From Prochlorococcus sp. AG-355-B18 (GTDB taxonomy: Bacteria > Cyanobacteriota > Cyanobacteriia > PCC-6307 > Cyanobiaceae): a stretch of DNA of 64,000 nt. The notes under the pieces were generated by a model. The model worked only from the letters and a program-made list of their open reading frames with translations, ran no database searches and was not told the DNA's origin. Positions 19,387 through 29,419 of the stretch are shown here, piece by piece. Positions within the stretch are counted from its first letter, which is position 1; each line of letters begins with the position of its first letter. The DNA lies in contig QCDI01000001.1 of assembly GCA_003280965.1 (NCBI GenBank), positions 192,001 to 256,000 on the forward strand, given 5' to 3'. The position numbers and the translations under genes are program-made.

Positions 19387-20157
19387 TTAATTATTAGAGA
19401 TTTTGTTTGAGTTTAACAAGGAAATTGAAGGCCTTATATAAATAAAAATAGACCCATACATATCCTGCATAATTCTCATTTCTTCGTCTAAATATACTAT
19501 TGAAACCTGGCAATTTGGCGATTCTTTATTCCAGGGTAACTTATTCCATACCTCTTTAACTGGATACCATCTATCCATTAGTAATTCACTAAATAATGGA
19601 ATCTTATTAAGTCCATCAACTTTGGAAACTTTGGTCTTTTGTAAGTTCATTTCAAGTAAATTATTTCTTAAAACTAAATCACTCGCTAGGGTTATTACTC
19701 TTCCACCAAAAGTAGGTAATAGTTTGAACCAACCTAAGATAGGGATTGTTGTGAGCCCGAATATTGTAGTGTCAAAAGTAGATATAAATTCTTTTTTGTC
19801 AAAATCAATCTTTTGAGCAATTCTCCCAATAGTTGATATACCAAACGATCCTACTTGCAATTGATGTAATTTAAAAAAAAGATTACTTTTAAATTCATCA
19901 TTTAATGCCTTTTCAATAGCAAGGAAGAAAGGAGAACTTCGAAATAATTCAACATTAGAAAAAATCAATTCCCACTCTCCAGACAATGATTTTTCTGATA
20001 TTTCAAAACTAAAGTCTTTAAGAGCCTCAATCAATTCATCCATTTCATTAGCTTTTTCCTCATACATAGGAGAAATTAATTTATTTAATCTTTGCCCTCT
20101 ATCTGTAACAGCAGCTATTTTATATATATTTGACTTTATCTCTCCAATTTCTTTCAT
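19387..20157 (-). CDS. PAP/fibrillin-family protein
   Basis: TDRG, LSGEWELIFS, and YLDEEMRI lipocalin-like fibrillin motifs. Confidence 0.8.
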   Translation of the reverse strand: MKEIGEIKSNIYKIAAVTDRGQRLNKLISPMYEEKANEMDELIEALKDFSFEISEKSLSGEWELIFSNVELFRSSPFFLAIEKALNDEFKSNLFFKLHQLQVGSFGISTIGRIAQKIDFDKKEFISTFDTTIFGLTTIPILGWFKLLPTFGGRVITLASDLVLRNNLLEMNLQKTKVSKVDGLNKIPLFSELLMDRWYPVKEVWNKLPWNKESPNCQVSIVYLDEEMRIMQDMYGSIFIYIRPSISLLNSNKISNN

Positions 20158-20242
20158 AACTCCAATACAAGAAATACTAGTTAATCTTAGGAATTTAATT
20201 TGAAGTTGATGGCAATTTTAATAATGCTGGTAATAATATCAA

Positions 20243-20425
20243 TTAATATTCTCCCCACCTTTTACCAATATCAAAACCCCATTCAGTGGTTAATTTAATT
20301 ACTTCATCATGATTTTTACATTTTGAAAGGGATAACTTTTTACTAGGATTATTTTTTATTAGCTCAGCAATTTGATTAAGTTGCTCTATTTTTTTTAGAA
20401 AATTACTTAGATCTTTTTCTGACAT
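20243..20425 (-). CDS. Nif11-like leader domain small protein
   Basis: MSEKDLSNFLKK...DEVIKLTTEWGFDI resembles the Nif11 pattern. Confidence 0.65.
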   Translation of the reverse strand: MSEKDLSNFLKKIEQLNQIAELIKNNPSKKLSLSKCKNHDEVIKLTTEWGFDIGKRWGEY

Positions 20426-20663
20426 TTATCTAAGAACTAAATTTTTGATCATAAGTAAATATGTAATAAAGAACCCATGCAACACCAATAATAAGAATTC
20501 CAATCATTATATTTACTGACCAAACTACTTCTATCATGTAATTTTTTTGTATATTTTTAATATATCCAAAATTTACAATAAATTAACCGTTAATAATTTA
20601 AATCTAGAACAATCCACTACTTTTGCTAAGTGTATAAAATAGTCTTAAATAGATTAAAAAATT

Positions 20664-20843
20664 ATGGGAGAAGCTAAGAGAAGGGAAGAGTTAGGCTTAC
20701 CACCTAGAGAAAAGAAAAAGGAAAAACAAACATCGAAAAATCAACTAAACAAAATTTTAAATAAATATCCTTATTTACCTTTCATTTTAGGTTTTTCATT
20801 ACTAGCAATATTAATTATCGACTTAGTTAATTACTACAAATAG
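20664..20843 (+). CDS. DUF2839-family protein (not in ORF track)
   Basis: Manual translation begins MGEAKRREELGLPPR and has a C-terminal TM helix. Confidence 0.8.
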   Translation: MGEAKRREELGLPPREKKKEKQTSKNQLNKILNKYPYLPFILGFSLLAILIIDLVNYYK

Positions 20844-20928
20844 ATATATAAAAAAGGGATATTTTTTTCTCGAAAAAAGATTATCTTCGCAATTGCGAAA
20901 TTATTTTTCCATAATAAAAATAAAACTT

Positions 20929-21114
20929 ATGAAACCGATTAGAACCACATGTGCCTCAATTTTAGGAGCACTAACTTTGTTTTCAATATCTAATGCAAAT
21001 GCAGGTGGCTGCAGTACTCCTACTGAGAAGAAGGCAGAAATTGAATGCTTGTCTGAAGATAAAAAATGTATAGATACGAAAGAAAAAGAATCACTATACA
21101 AAGTTGAGGTCTAA
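20929..21114 (+). CDS. small secreted Cys-containing protein
   Basis: MKPIR signal peptide ending ANA-GGC; ECLSEDKKC. Confidence 0.6.
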   Translation: MKPIRTTCASILGALTLFSISNANAGGCSTPTEKKAEIECLSEDKKCIDTKEKESLYKVEV

Positions 21115-21417
21115 ATGTTTGATAATCTTGGAACTGCTCTAGTACAGGCATTAGGCTTTTTTGCCGTTTTTGGTTTTTTTGTGTATCAAACTTTATTTGC
21201 AGATAGTAAACCCAAAAATTCAAAATCAAATCCTAAAAAAACAAAGATTTCCGACACAAAAGAATCAATCAAAAAAGAACCCAAAAAAGGCTTATTTAAA
21301 AGAAAATCTAAACCTGTTGAAGAGAATTTACCAGTCCAAAAAAAGGGATTATTTGGGAGAAAGAAAGAAGTTATTAAAGAAGAGATTAAGCCAAAGAAAA
21401 AAGGTTGGTTTAAATAG
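21115..21417 (+). CDS. Lys-rich membrane-anchored protein
   Basis: TM helix followed by repeated KKGLF/KKGWF units. Confidence 0.65.
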   Translation: MFDNLGTALVQALGFFAVFGFFVYQTLFADSKPKNSKSNPKKTKISDTKESIKKEPKKGLFKRKSKPVEENLPVQKKGLFGRKKEVIKEEIKPKKKGWFK

Positions 21418-21723
21418 GTAAAGATACTTAAACTCTATTTTGATATCTTTTATACAAAAAATTTTTTTAGTAACTTTATAATTTATAGAAGTTAATATTA
21501 AAAATGAACCATAGAGAAATCACAAAAAAATATAGTGAGTTACTTAACAAAGCTGAGTTTGCTACTGGCCGTAAGGAAGTTGTAGGTCTTTTAAAAAAAG
21601 CTGCAAAATTGAAATCTCAGATTGAAATCAATTATTAAATTTACAAATTAGTTTAATTCTAAATGTAAAAAGTTTTTTTAAATAAGTTTTTACATGAGAT
21701 AATCTGCATAGATTATTTTCCTT

Positions 21724-21903
21724 ATGAATAAAAAAGGTTATACAACCGAAAGTGGTGGTAGACAGAATGGTTTCGCAATAGAACCAGAAATTAACCCCAT
21801 ATCAGAGGGCGAATCAAAGAAATCCCTATTTCTATTTATTGGAATATTATTACCTTTTCTAATAGGCGGTTTTTATTATTTAAGGACTCTAAATATATTC
21901 TGA
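21724..21903 (+). CDS. Ssl1498/Psb34-like small membrane protein (not in ORF track)
   Basis: Manual translation MNKKGYTTESGGRQNGFAIEP... plus C-terminal TM; the YTTExGGRxNxFAxEP motif is typical of the family. Confidence 0.7.
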   Translation: MNKKGYTTESGGRQNGFAIEPEINPISEGESKKSLFLFIGILLPFLIGGFYYLRTLNIF

Positions 21904-22222
21904 TATTCTATAAGCCATTTTTAGCAATATATTCTTCTGAACTAACTATATCTTGCATTAAGCTCTCTGATGAAGGATTAAATCCATTTTGCTCTAAAAA
22001 AGATTTAACCTTTTCAAATTTTTGCTGAATTTTTTTTGTATATGGAGTTGTCATCAAATAATCATCTTTTTCTGTTGAATAGTTCATTTGATTAACGGAT
22101 TACTTTTACATTTAAATTCTGCAAAATATACAATTGCTAGTGAAGTTATAAATATTACATAAATAATTTAATAGTAATAAATACTTATAAGTTGTTTATG
22201 TGAGATCGCTATTGGTTGATAT

Positions 22223-22510
22223 TTAAAGCGTACTTATAGTAACTAGTTCCATTAAATCTCTAGATTGCAGATATTTTTGAAATACTTCAGAATAAAATGC
22301 TTTTTTAGCAGCAAATTTTGATTCGAATTCTATTACTAATCCAAGCTGCCCTCCGTCCCATTCATTTGAGGTTGATTCTTGTATCAAATCTCTTTTTACT
22401 ATTACTCCTCCCACAGATTTAATCCAAGGCAATACTGTCCTTATATATTCCAGAAATAAATCAGCATTTGGAATTGAAATTTTCTTTAGCCAATAGCTCT
22501 TTGTCATCAA
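22223..22510 (-). CDS. DUF1330-family protein
   Basis: VGG, VIEFESKFAAKKAFYSEVFQ. Confidence 0.75.
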   Translation of the reverse strand: MMTKSYWLKKISIPNADLFLEYIRTVLPWIKSVGGVIVKRDLIQESTSNEWDGGQLGLVIEFESKFAAKKAFYSEVFQKYLQSRDLMELVTISTL

Positions 22511-22585
22511 ATCAACATATTCCGAGTAGAATATAGCACATTGAGGTAAGTATTTATCCTTAGCTATATACTCAGCGGTTATTTA

Positions 22586-23127
22586 ATGGAATCCGAAGAT
22601 GATTTATTAAATTTAATTCTTAAATCTCCAAATTCAGAGTGTATAAAGACTATTGCCGAACAACTTGAAATTGATCATAGTTTTTCTTTTAGCAAAGATA
22701 AAAATGATTTACAGGGTGTTTGGGAGCTTAGGTGGAGTAGTTCTAACAGTCCTTTTAAATTATTCTCCTTTTATTGATAACCTTCAAATTCTTGATCCCT
22801 TTAATTTAAATGGTCTTAATTTACTTAAACCTAAAGGAATAAAATCAATTATTGGTACTGGTATTTTAATAAGACTTTATTACATAAATGAAAAAAAAAT
22901 TGGGGTCAAATTTACACATGCTGGTGTTATAGGTCCTAAATTTGGAAAAAAAAAATATAAAGGCTATGAAAGAAATAAATAATGAACAATTAGGGTGGTT
23001 AGAGATAACTTATTTAAGTAATAAGCTTAGAATCTGCAGAGGTGATAAAGGAACTTTATTAGTTTTAAGAAAAATAAATTCACCGACTTTATTTAAGAAT
23101 TTTAAGGAATTTATTAAAATCTATTAA
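22586..23127 (+). pseudogene. PAP/fibrillin-like gene broken by two frameshifts
   Basis: Three overlapping ORFs (LQGVWELRWSSS / NYSPFIDNLQ / GWLEITYLSNKLRICRGDKG) join into one fibrillin domain; shifts fall at a T-run near 22753 and an A-run near 22946. Confidence 0.75.
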
Positions 23128-23136
23128 AAATATAAA

Positions 23137-23430
23137 TTAATTCTTTATCCAAATAGTCTTTAATACGAAATAAATTGGAAAATATTTAAAAGATTCTTTA
23201 GGTATTTCATAACTTAAGAATTTTAGTGCTTCTTCTAACCAGTAACCAATATCAAATCCTAAAAGAAATTTTTCTACAACAAACCAAAATTCTTTATCAA
23301 ATATAATTCTGAAGTTTAAATAAATATATTCCCAATGAAAGGTATTCCAATATTGGGTTAAAAATGAGGATAAAATAAGCCAAAGCGATATAAATAAAAA
23401 ACTTTTAAGAAATTTATAAAATTTTTTCAT
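23137..23430 (-). CDS. hypothetical membrane protein
   Basis: ORF track; aromatic-rich. Confidence 0.5.
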   Translation of the reverse strand: MKKFYKFLKSFLFISLWLILSSFLTQYWNTFHWEYIYLNFRIIFDKEFWFVVEKFLLGFDIGYWLEEALKFLSYEIPKESFKYFPIYFVLKTIWIKN

Positions 23431-23807
23431 ATATCAGCAGCTGTATTATTGAATTTCTAATATCACTTATTATTATTTGGATCAAATTTTATTTCCATGA
23501 AATATATCCAAAAAGATATAAAAATATTGAGAAAATAGTAAATTTTCGTGTCATTAACAATCTATCCTTTTTTATTTATATTCTGTGCCTTTAGATTTTT
23601 ATTCTTAAGAAAAAATCCTAAAAACAGAAAAGCAAAATATATCAGTAAACTTATACCAAAAATTAAAACTATCTTTGAAATATCCATAAATAATTCTTTT
23701 AATATAAATTAAAGCATTTTTTGCAAAGTTTTATCTATGGGTAATGATTTTTCATTTATCACGATAACGAGCTTCAATTATTAAGCTAATAATATTATTT
23801 AAATCAT

Positions 23808-24212
23808 ATGGAAGTAACTTTTGCCTGGAGCCTTTGTATATCGGTTGGGGTTGTTTTATTATCAATTATTCCATTAACTATAGGGAGAATTAAAGCCGGA
23901 TATTCTGTTGAAAACATGTCAGCCCCAAGGGCTTTATTTGAGGAACTCCCTGATTTTGGTAAAAGAGCAGTTTGGTGTCATCAAAATTGTTGGGAAAGTA
24001 TCTCTTTACATGCGCCAGCATGTCTTTTTTGTTTGATTACTTTAACCGATTCAAATATTGCAATTATTGCAGCATGGGTTCATCCTATTTTCCGTTTTTT
24101 ATATATTGGTGCCTATGTTTTTAATATTCCAACAGCAAGAGGTTTAATGTGGGCTTCAGGTATCCTTACAACATTATTGTTATATAAAGAGGCCCTAACC
24201 CAATTGATATAA
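23808..24212 (+). CDS. MAPEG-family membrane protein
   Basis: APR, KRAVWCHQNCWE, RFLYI motifs. Confidence 0.85.
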   Translation: MEVTFAWSLCISVGVVLLSIIPLTIGRIKAGYSVENMSAPRALFEELPDFGKRAVWCHQNCWESISLHAPACLFCLITLTDSNIAIIAAWVHPIFRFLYIGAYVFNIPTARGLMWASGILTTLLLYKEALTQLI

Positions 24213-24217
24213 ATTAT

Positions 24218-25084
24218 TTAAACAATAAACTTTTCTAAATCTTTTAACTGATATTCATTGATTAGTTCCACTTTATTTGATTTTGCAAGTTGTTGGGCAG
24301 ACTTTGTAAAGCCAGATTTTGAAACTAATATTGCATGAGTACCTTTCCAAAATAATTTACCTGCTGAAATTTCTTGAACAGCTTTATTTCCAATAGCTTT
24401 TTCATGATCTTTGCATTGTATGCATATTCTCAAACCATCTATTGATGCAATTAAGTCAACACCTTGATCCCCAGTACTAGGTGTTTCTTTTACTTCCCAG
24501 CCATTTTGTTTAAGAATTTCCATACAATGATTTTCAAATTTGATGCCTTTTTTATAGCTTTGATTATTTTTTTTTGGGTTATTATCTTCTAGGTTTAAAC
24601 ATGATTTCTCTATTTGACTTGCTATAAATACATACCAATCTTCAGTTTCGAGTTTTCTAATTGATCCAATTATCTCATCATTAATAGTAGGATTTTGATA
24701 ACAATACGATCTCCACTTTTCGAAAAATAATTCCATAGTTCCAAATTTTTTTAAAATTACTTTTTCCCAAAAATATGGTATTCCCTCTTTAAATCGCTTG
24801 GATCCATTTAATATATTTTTCTCGATGGCTTTTACATCAAGAGGTGGATTCCCAATCCATTTTTTGTAATCCTCGTTACCATAAGCATCTATTTCCCTTA
24901 ATCTGATCCTTTCTTCTAACAAATTGTATTTGTTTTCTTCTATTAAATAATTAATTGTTTGAATAAATAAATTTGAATTTAGGGCATTAATTAATTTAAA
25001 CCTTTTCCTTTTAATTTGATAATCTCTAACAATTATAAAAATTAAAAAAATAAAAAAAATTATTAAAATAAAAAAAATTGTCAT
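24218..25084 (-). CDS. membrane-anchored Mrr-like (PD-(D/E)xK) restriction endonuclease domain protein
   Basis: GIKFE, GDQGVDLIA, IQCK, AVQE, SGFTKSA Mrr_cat motifs; N-terminal TM. Confidence 0.85.
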   Translation of the reverse strand: MTIFFILIIFFIFLIFIIVRDYQIKRKRFKLINALNSNLFIQTINYLIEENKYNLLEERIRLREIDAYGNEDYKKWIGNPPLDVKAIEKNILNGSKRFKEGIPYFWEKVILKKFGTMELFFEKWRSYCYQNPTINDEIIGSIRKLETEDWYVFIASQIEKSCLNLEDNNPKKNNQSYKKGIKFENHCMEILKQNGWEVKETPSTGDQGVDLIASIDGLRICIQCKDHEKAIGNKAVQEISAGKLFWKGTHAILVSKSGFTKSAQQLAKSNKVELINEYQLKDLEKFIV

Positions 25085-25104
25085 TAAAGATTTTTATTTC
25101 CGAT

Positions 25105-25356
25105 CTAAAAAGTTTTTGTTTTTCTAATAACAAAATTATTTTTTGTTATTACTGAAGATTCATTTACTTCAAACCCATTAATTGCTGATATTTCTCCTTT
25201 TATTCCTTCTAGCGTTAATTGCTCGATAATACCTTTTATCACTTCATCTTCGACCAATTTCCTATCAATCCTTTCAGGTGTAATATCTGTAAGCCATTTT
25301 GAGGTCTTTTTTTTCACAACCTCTGTAGGGTTTGTTATTTTTAGATAGATAGCCAT
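25105..25356 (-). CDS. hypothetical protein
   Basis: ORF track. Confidence 0.65.
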   Translation of the reverse strand: MAIYLKITNPTEVVKKKTSKWLTDITPERIDRKLVEDEVIKGIIEQLTLEGIKGEISAINGFEVNESSVITKNNFVIRKTKTF

Positions 25357-25396
25357 TTTTTTAGTCTTTCAGTTGAATTATAAGCATTAATTCTTT

Positions 25397-25594
25397 CTAG
25401 CTTTTATTATTGTCATTACTTTCCCACTCAAGAAATTGAAAGACAAATATTGCAAAGATAGAGAAAAATATTATAAACAATCCTAACCATCCTATGAATT
25501 TGTGCTCTGTAAAAAGATTTGTAAGCATAGATTTTTCTTGATATCTTGATTCCATTTCATATTGGTAAGAGTCAATAACTTGAAATATATTCAT
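25397..25594 (-). CDS. small membrane protein
   Basis: Likely start MNIFQ; one TM helix. Confidence 0.6.
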   Translation of the reverse strand: MNIFQVIDSYQYEMESRYQEKSMLTNLFTEHKFIGWLGLFIIFFSIFAIFVFQFLEWESNDNNKS

Positions 25595-25637
25595 AATTAA
25601 TAAATTTAATAAATTGCTCAATTAACTGATAATAATT

Positions 25638-26057
25638 TCAACCGTTTAATTTAATAAAGGCTTCTGATAGGAAATCTGGTCGTTTTCTTATTATAGAAAA
25701 ATTCAGTTTATTTATTAAGACTAAATTGACTTCAGCAATAGTTAAGATTTCATTTTTCTTGTTAAGAAACTTTGAAATTACATTAATTCTGGGACTTTTT
25801 TCAATATTAAATTCACTTTCGATTGTTATTTTCTCACCAAGAAATAAAGGAGATTTATATGTTATTGAAGTATTGATTAAAGGTAAATCTAAGCCTTTTT
25901 TAGTAAGTTCAAAATAGCTAATACCTACTTCTAAAAGTGCATTTATGCGGCTTTCTTCAAGCCAATTAAAATATGTACCGTGCCACATTACTCCTGCATG
26001 GTCTGCATGTTGAGGTAAAACAATTTTTTCTAATTTCCAAACTGGTTTTGAATTCAT
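25638..26057 (-). CDS. 4HBT/YbgC-type acyl-CoA thioesterase
   Basis: DHAGVMWHGTYFNWLEESR hotdog-fold motif. Confidence 0.88.
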   Translation of the reverse strand: MNSKPVWKLEKIVLPQHADHAGVMWHGTYFNWLEESRINALLEVGISYFELTKKGLDLPLINTSITYKSPLFLGEKITIESEFNIEKSPRINVISKFLNKKNEILTIAEVNLVLINKLNFSIIRKRPDFLSEAFIKLNG

Positions 26058-26500
26058 TTTTTAGTTAAAAAATATTTTTATTCAATGAAAAAAGCTTATT
26101 TTAATATTGGAGATCAATATTCTTTCTTAATATAAGAATCACCAAAACTATATTAATAAATTTATGTTTAATCGTAATAATAGGGGAAGAAAAATGAAGA
26201 AGATTTTTCAATGGGAAGATTATTTAAATTGGAAAAATATGTCAAAAGAACAGAAATTAAATTTTAAGAGGGCGTGTTTATTCCCTTTTCTTGTGTATAT
26301 AGTTTATATTTTTCTTAATCAGTACTCTTTAGCAATTCTTTTATTATTAGGTCTTTATTTTTTAATTAGATTTAAAAATAGAAATAAGTTAGGAAGATAA
26401 ATATTTTTTACTTTTATTTATTTAGATTTGTTTTAAAATTTTCAGAATTTTCCAAATAACTTTATTGGCATAAGAAGATAGCATTAGATAAAATTTTTTT

Positions 26501-26740
26501 ATGAAAAGAATTATTTTGTTTTTATGTGTATTAGTTTTTTCAATATTTTCTAATACAAATAATTTATTAGCAAAAGAAATTGGAAATAACATTAAAGATG
26601 ATATTTCTAATGAAATTGAAGAAATTAAGTCTGATAATAATAAAAAAACCAATATTTCTAATTCTTCTGCAGAAGATATATTTGGTGATGAACAAACATT
26701 TCCGTTCGTTGCAGGTTTAGGGAAAAATGCAGCCCATTGA
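26501..26740 (+). CDS. small secreted protein
   Basis: Signal peptide; C-terminal DIFGDEQTFPFVAGLGKNAAH. Confidence 0.65.
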   Translation: MKRIILFLCVLVFSIFSNTNNLLAKEIGNNIKDDISNEIEEIKSDNNKKTNISNSSAEDIFGDEQTFPFVAGLGKNAAH

Positions 26741-26784
26741 TCTTAAAGTTTTTGATCATGTAGAAAAAGATTTTTTTCATATTA

Positions 26785-26949
26785 ATGAAAGGTCTTAGAA
26801 TCCTAGAGCTTTCTGAAGCACTTAATGTTGATAGCGCTGATTTATTGGCTGTTTCTGCAATTCTAAAAATAAAAGCTACTTCAAGATTAAGCATGCTTTC
26901 ATTTGAAGAATGTAAAAAGATTACTGATTATTATGAAAATAAAAAATAA
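26785..26949 (+). CDS. stand-alone IF-2 N-terminal domain-like protein (not in ORF track)
   Basis: Manual translation MKGLRILELSEALNVDSADLLAV..LKIKATSRLSMLS matches the IF2_N pattern. Confidence 0.7.
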   Translation: MKGLRILELSEALNVDSADLLAVSAILKIKATSRLSMLSFEECKKITDYYENKK

Positions 26950-26970
26950 ATTTCTTCTGATAAAAAAAAT

Positions 26971-27228
26971 TTATTCTTTAATTTCTCTAATCATTGATAC
27001 TAAAGTTGAATGAATTTCTTCTTCAGATATTTCATTCTTAAAATTGATAAATGCTGATTGGCCATCGTAATTGATTTTTATATAACTGTTATTTATTTCT
27101 TCCATATAAGCATTTTCAAAGCTTGATATATTCCCATAATGAATAAGATATTTGTGAACTGAATCCATATGATCTTTGTTCATATGATCACATACCCTTT
27201 TACTTGTTTCTTTACTAATTATTTTCAT
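26971..27228 (-). CDS. DUF2470 protein
   Basis: RVCDHMNKDH motif. Confidence 0.85.
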   Translation of the reverse strand: MKIISKETSKRVCDHMNKDHMDSVHKYLIHYGNISSFENAYMEEINNSYIKINYDGQSAFINFKNEISEEEIHSTLVSMIREIKE

Positions 27229-27246
27229 TTGAAGAATAAATTTGCT

Positions 27247-28254
27247 CTAAGCTAATGTATTTTTTTCATTATTCAAAGTTTTAATCATTTTATTTAGTAA
27301 ATTTTTAACTTCATTTTTATCAACAGCTCTAACCAAATTATTTCGCAAATTTGATGCACCTTTAAAATCTTTGCATGTCCATGAAATATGCTTCCTGGCA
27401 ATTAGCAAGCCGTGATCTCCTTTTTCTTTTATTAATTCATCAAGGTGCTCAATAATTAAATGTAGTTTTTCTTCCGCGTTTGGCTCTTTAAAATTTTTAT
27501 TTTCTCTAATTGCATAATCTATTTCTCCTATCTTCCATGGGGAACCCAGAATCCCTCGTCCAATCATCACACCATCAGCATTTGTTTTTTTTAAGCAATT
27601 AAGAGCGTCATCTGGATTTTTGATATCTCCATTAGCAATTACTGGAATTTCCAATAATTTTTTAAGTCTACCAATCATTTCCCAATCTGACTTACCCGAA
27701 AATCCTTGTTTTCTTGTTCTTCCATGAAGGGTAATCATTGTTGCTCCCGCGTCTTGAAGCTTAAACAAAAAGTCCTCTATATTTTCTTCTTTACTATCCC
27801 ATCCCAGTCGTGTTTTTACTGTAACTGGAACTTTAACAGCTTTTACGACATTTTTGACTAATTCTATGGCAAGTTTTCTGTCTTTAATCAAGGCACTGCC
27901 TCCACCTTTCTTTGCAATTTTTTTTACTGGACATCCCATATTTATATCAATTAAAAAAGCTCCAGAGTCCTCAGCTTGTTTGGCAGCTTCAGAAACAGCA
28001 TGTGGTCTATTATCAAATATTTGTACTCCAACTGGACCTTCTTCTAAATTTATTTGATTGATTTTTTGTGCACCAAATCCTTTTTTAAGACTTGTTGCAT
28101 TTATCATTTCTGTAAAAAGTAAAGAGTTTGGAGCCCATTTACGAACAAGCCGCCTAAAAATGTTATCTGTAACTCCTGCTAAGGGCGATAGCATTACTTT
28201 ACTCATAATTATCCTGTTAACCCCCCTTCCTTTTAGGATTATATTTGGAGACAT
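27247..28254 (-). CDS. dusB: tRNA-dihydrouridine synthase
   Basis: PLAGVTD, DINMGCP, VTVKTRLG, HGRT, IANGDI, MIGRG. Confidence 0.93.
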   Translation of the reverse strand: MSPNIILKGRGVNRIIMSKVMLSPLAGVTDNIFRRLVRKWAPNSLLFTEMINATSLKKGFGAQKINQINLEEGPVGVQIFDNRPHAVSEAAKQAEDSGAFLIDINMGCPVKKIAKKGGGSALIKDRKLAIELVKNVVKAVKVPVTVKTRLGWDSKEENIEDFLFKLQDAGATMITLHGRTRKQGFSGKSDWEMIGRLKKLLEIPVIANGDIKNPDDALNCLKKTNADGVMIGRGILGSPWKIGEIDYAIRENKNFKEPNAEEKLHLIIEHLDELIKEKGDHGLLIARKHISWTCKDFKGASNLRNNLVRAVDKNEVKNLLNKMIKTLNNEKNTLA

Positions 28255-28386
28255 ATAATTTAAAAAATTTATTTAATCTTAATTTATTATAAATTTCGAT
28301 ATAGGGTTAATTTTATATTTTCTATTTTATTTATTTGAATTCATAATAAGTGCTTTTACTTAAATTCGCCTAAATTATTTCTTTTT

Positions 28387-28824
28387 TTGCTAGTTTATAT
28401 TAAGTTGAAATTACAAAAAGGAAATTTTTTCTTGATTATATTAATATCTATTTTTCTTCCAATAATTATTTTTATTGCTCCAGTAAATGTAAAAGCTATC
28501 CAAGGTAATTTAGATTTATCGAGTGCTCAAACTTCTGTAGGCAAAAGATTTGCTAAAGTTTTTTGTGATGCTAAGAGGGAAGGATTAGATTCTGATTTTG
28601 CTAGTGAATATGCTTTGAATAATACATATCTAAAATTTGTAGCATTTCCAGACGACGACGAATATTTGGACAATTTATGGAACTTTACTCACAACAATAT
28701 ATTAGATAATTGTGGTGAATTTGTAGATATAAATGATTTAAAAGACCTAGAGATTTTTTTTAAAGAAGAGGGTTTAATTGCATCAAATAGGGAACTTTAT
28801 TTACCAACTTTTGAGAATAATTAG
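28387..28824 (+). CDS. secreted hypothetical protein with two Cys
   Basis: Signal-like N-terminus; FCDAKREG...DNCG; start uncertain. Confidence 0.65.
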   Translation: MLVYIKLKLQKGNFFLIILISIFLPIIIFIAPVNVKAIQGNLDLSSAQTSVGKRFAKVFCDAKREGLDSDFASEYALNNTYLKFVAFPDDDEYLDNLWNFTHNNILDNCGEFVDINDLKDLEIFFKEEGLIASNRELYLPTFENN

Positions 28825-28871
28825 ATTAAATTTTTAGCATGTACTAAAATATAAATAGAATATGAAATTTT

Positions 28872-29279
28872 ATGAAACTATTAGGTTTAAATTCACCTGA
28901 AATATTCATAATTTTAATCATTTTGCTCTCAATTTTAGGGACAAAAAGAATTGAAAAAGGTTTCTTATTATTCAAAAAACTATTAAAGTATCTTTTAAGT
29001 AAAGAAGAAAATCAAACTTTAGAAAATTCAGAAGTAAAATCAGAGGAACCAGAAGAAAGTGAAGTTAAGGAAGAAACAATAGATGCAGAAGTAAAATCGG
29101 AGGAACCAGAAGAAAGTGAAGTTAAGGAAGAAACAATAGATGCAGAAGTAAAATCGGAGGAACCAGAAGAAAGTGAAGTTAAGGAAGAAACAATAGATGC
29201 AGAAGTAAAATCAGTTAAACCTAAAAAAAAGTCAGTTAAAGATGAAATAATTGACGTAGAAGTGGATTCTGATAATTAA
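28872..29279 (+). CDS. TatA/B-like anchored protein with acidic tandem repeats
   Basis: GLNSPEIFIILIILLSILGTKRI resembles the TatA N-terminus; repeats follow. Confidence 0.6.
   Translation: MKLLGLNSPEIFIILIILLSILGTKRIEKGFLLFKKLLKYLLSKEENQTLENSEVKSEEPEESEVKEETIDAEVKSEEPEESEVKEETIDAEVKSEEPEESEVKEETIDAEVKSVKPKKKSVKDEIIDVEVDSDN
29031..29213 (+). repeat. 57-bp in-frame tandem repeat x3 plus a partial copy
   Basis: Unit encodes EVKSEEPEESEVKEETIDA; copies start at 29031, 29088, 29145 and are near-identical. Confidence 0.95.
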
Positions 29280-29419
29280 TAGGATTTAGAATTAAATTTA
29301 ATATATTAGACAGGGTTAATTCCAAAACCTATATATTTTGGAGAATAATTTAGTTATTTTTTAATCCAATATAAAAGGTTTTGTTTCTAATTTTTTTAAA
29401 TTGAATTATCAATAGATTG

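Noticed and set aside
29031..29213. 57-bp tandem repeat as CRISPR
   Set aside because: No unique spacers; it is an in-frame coding repeat.
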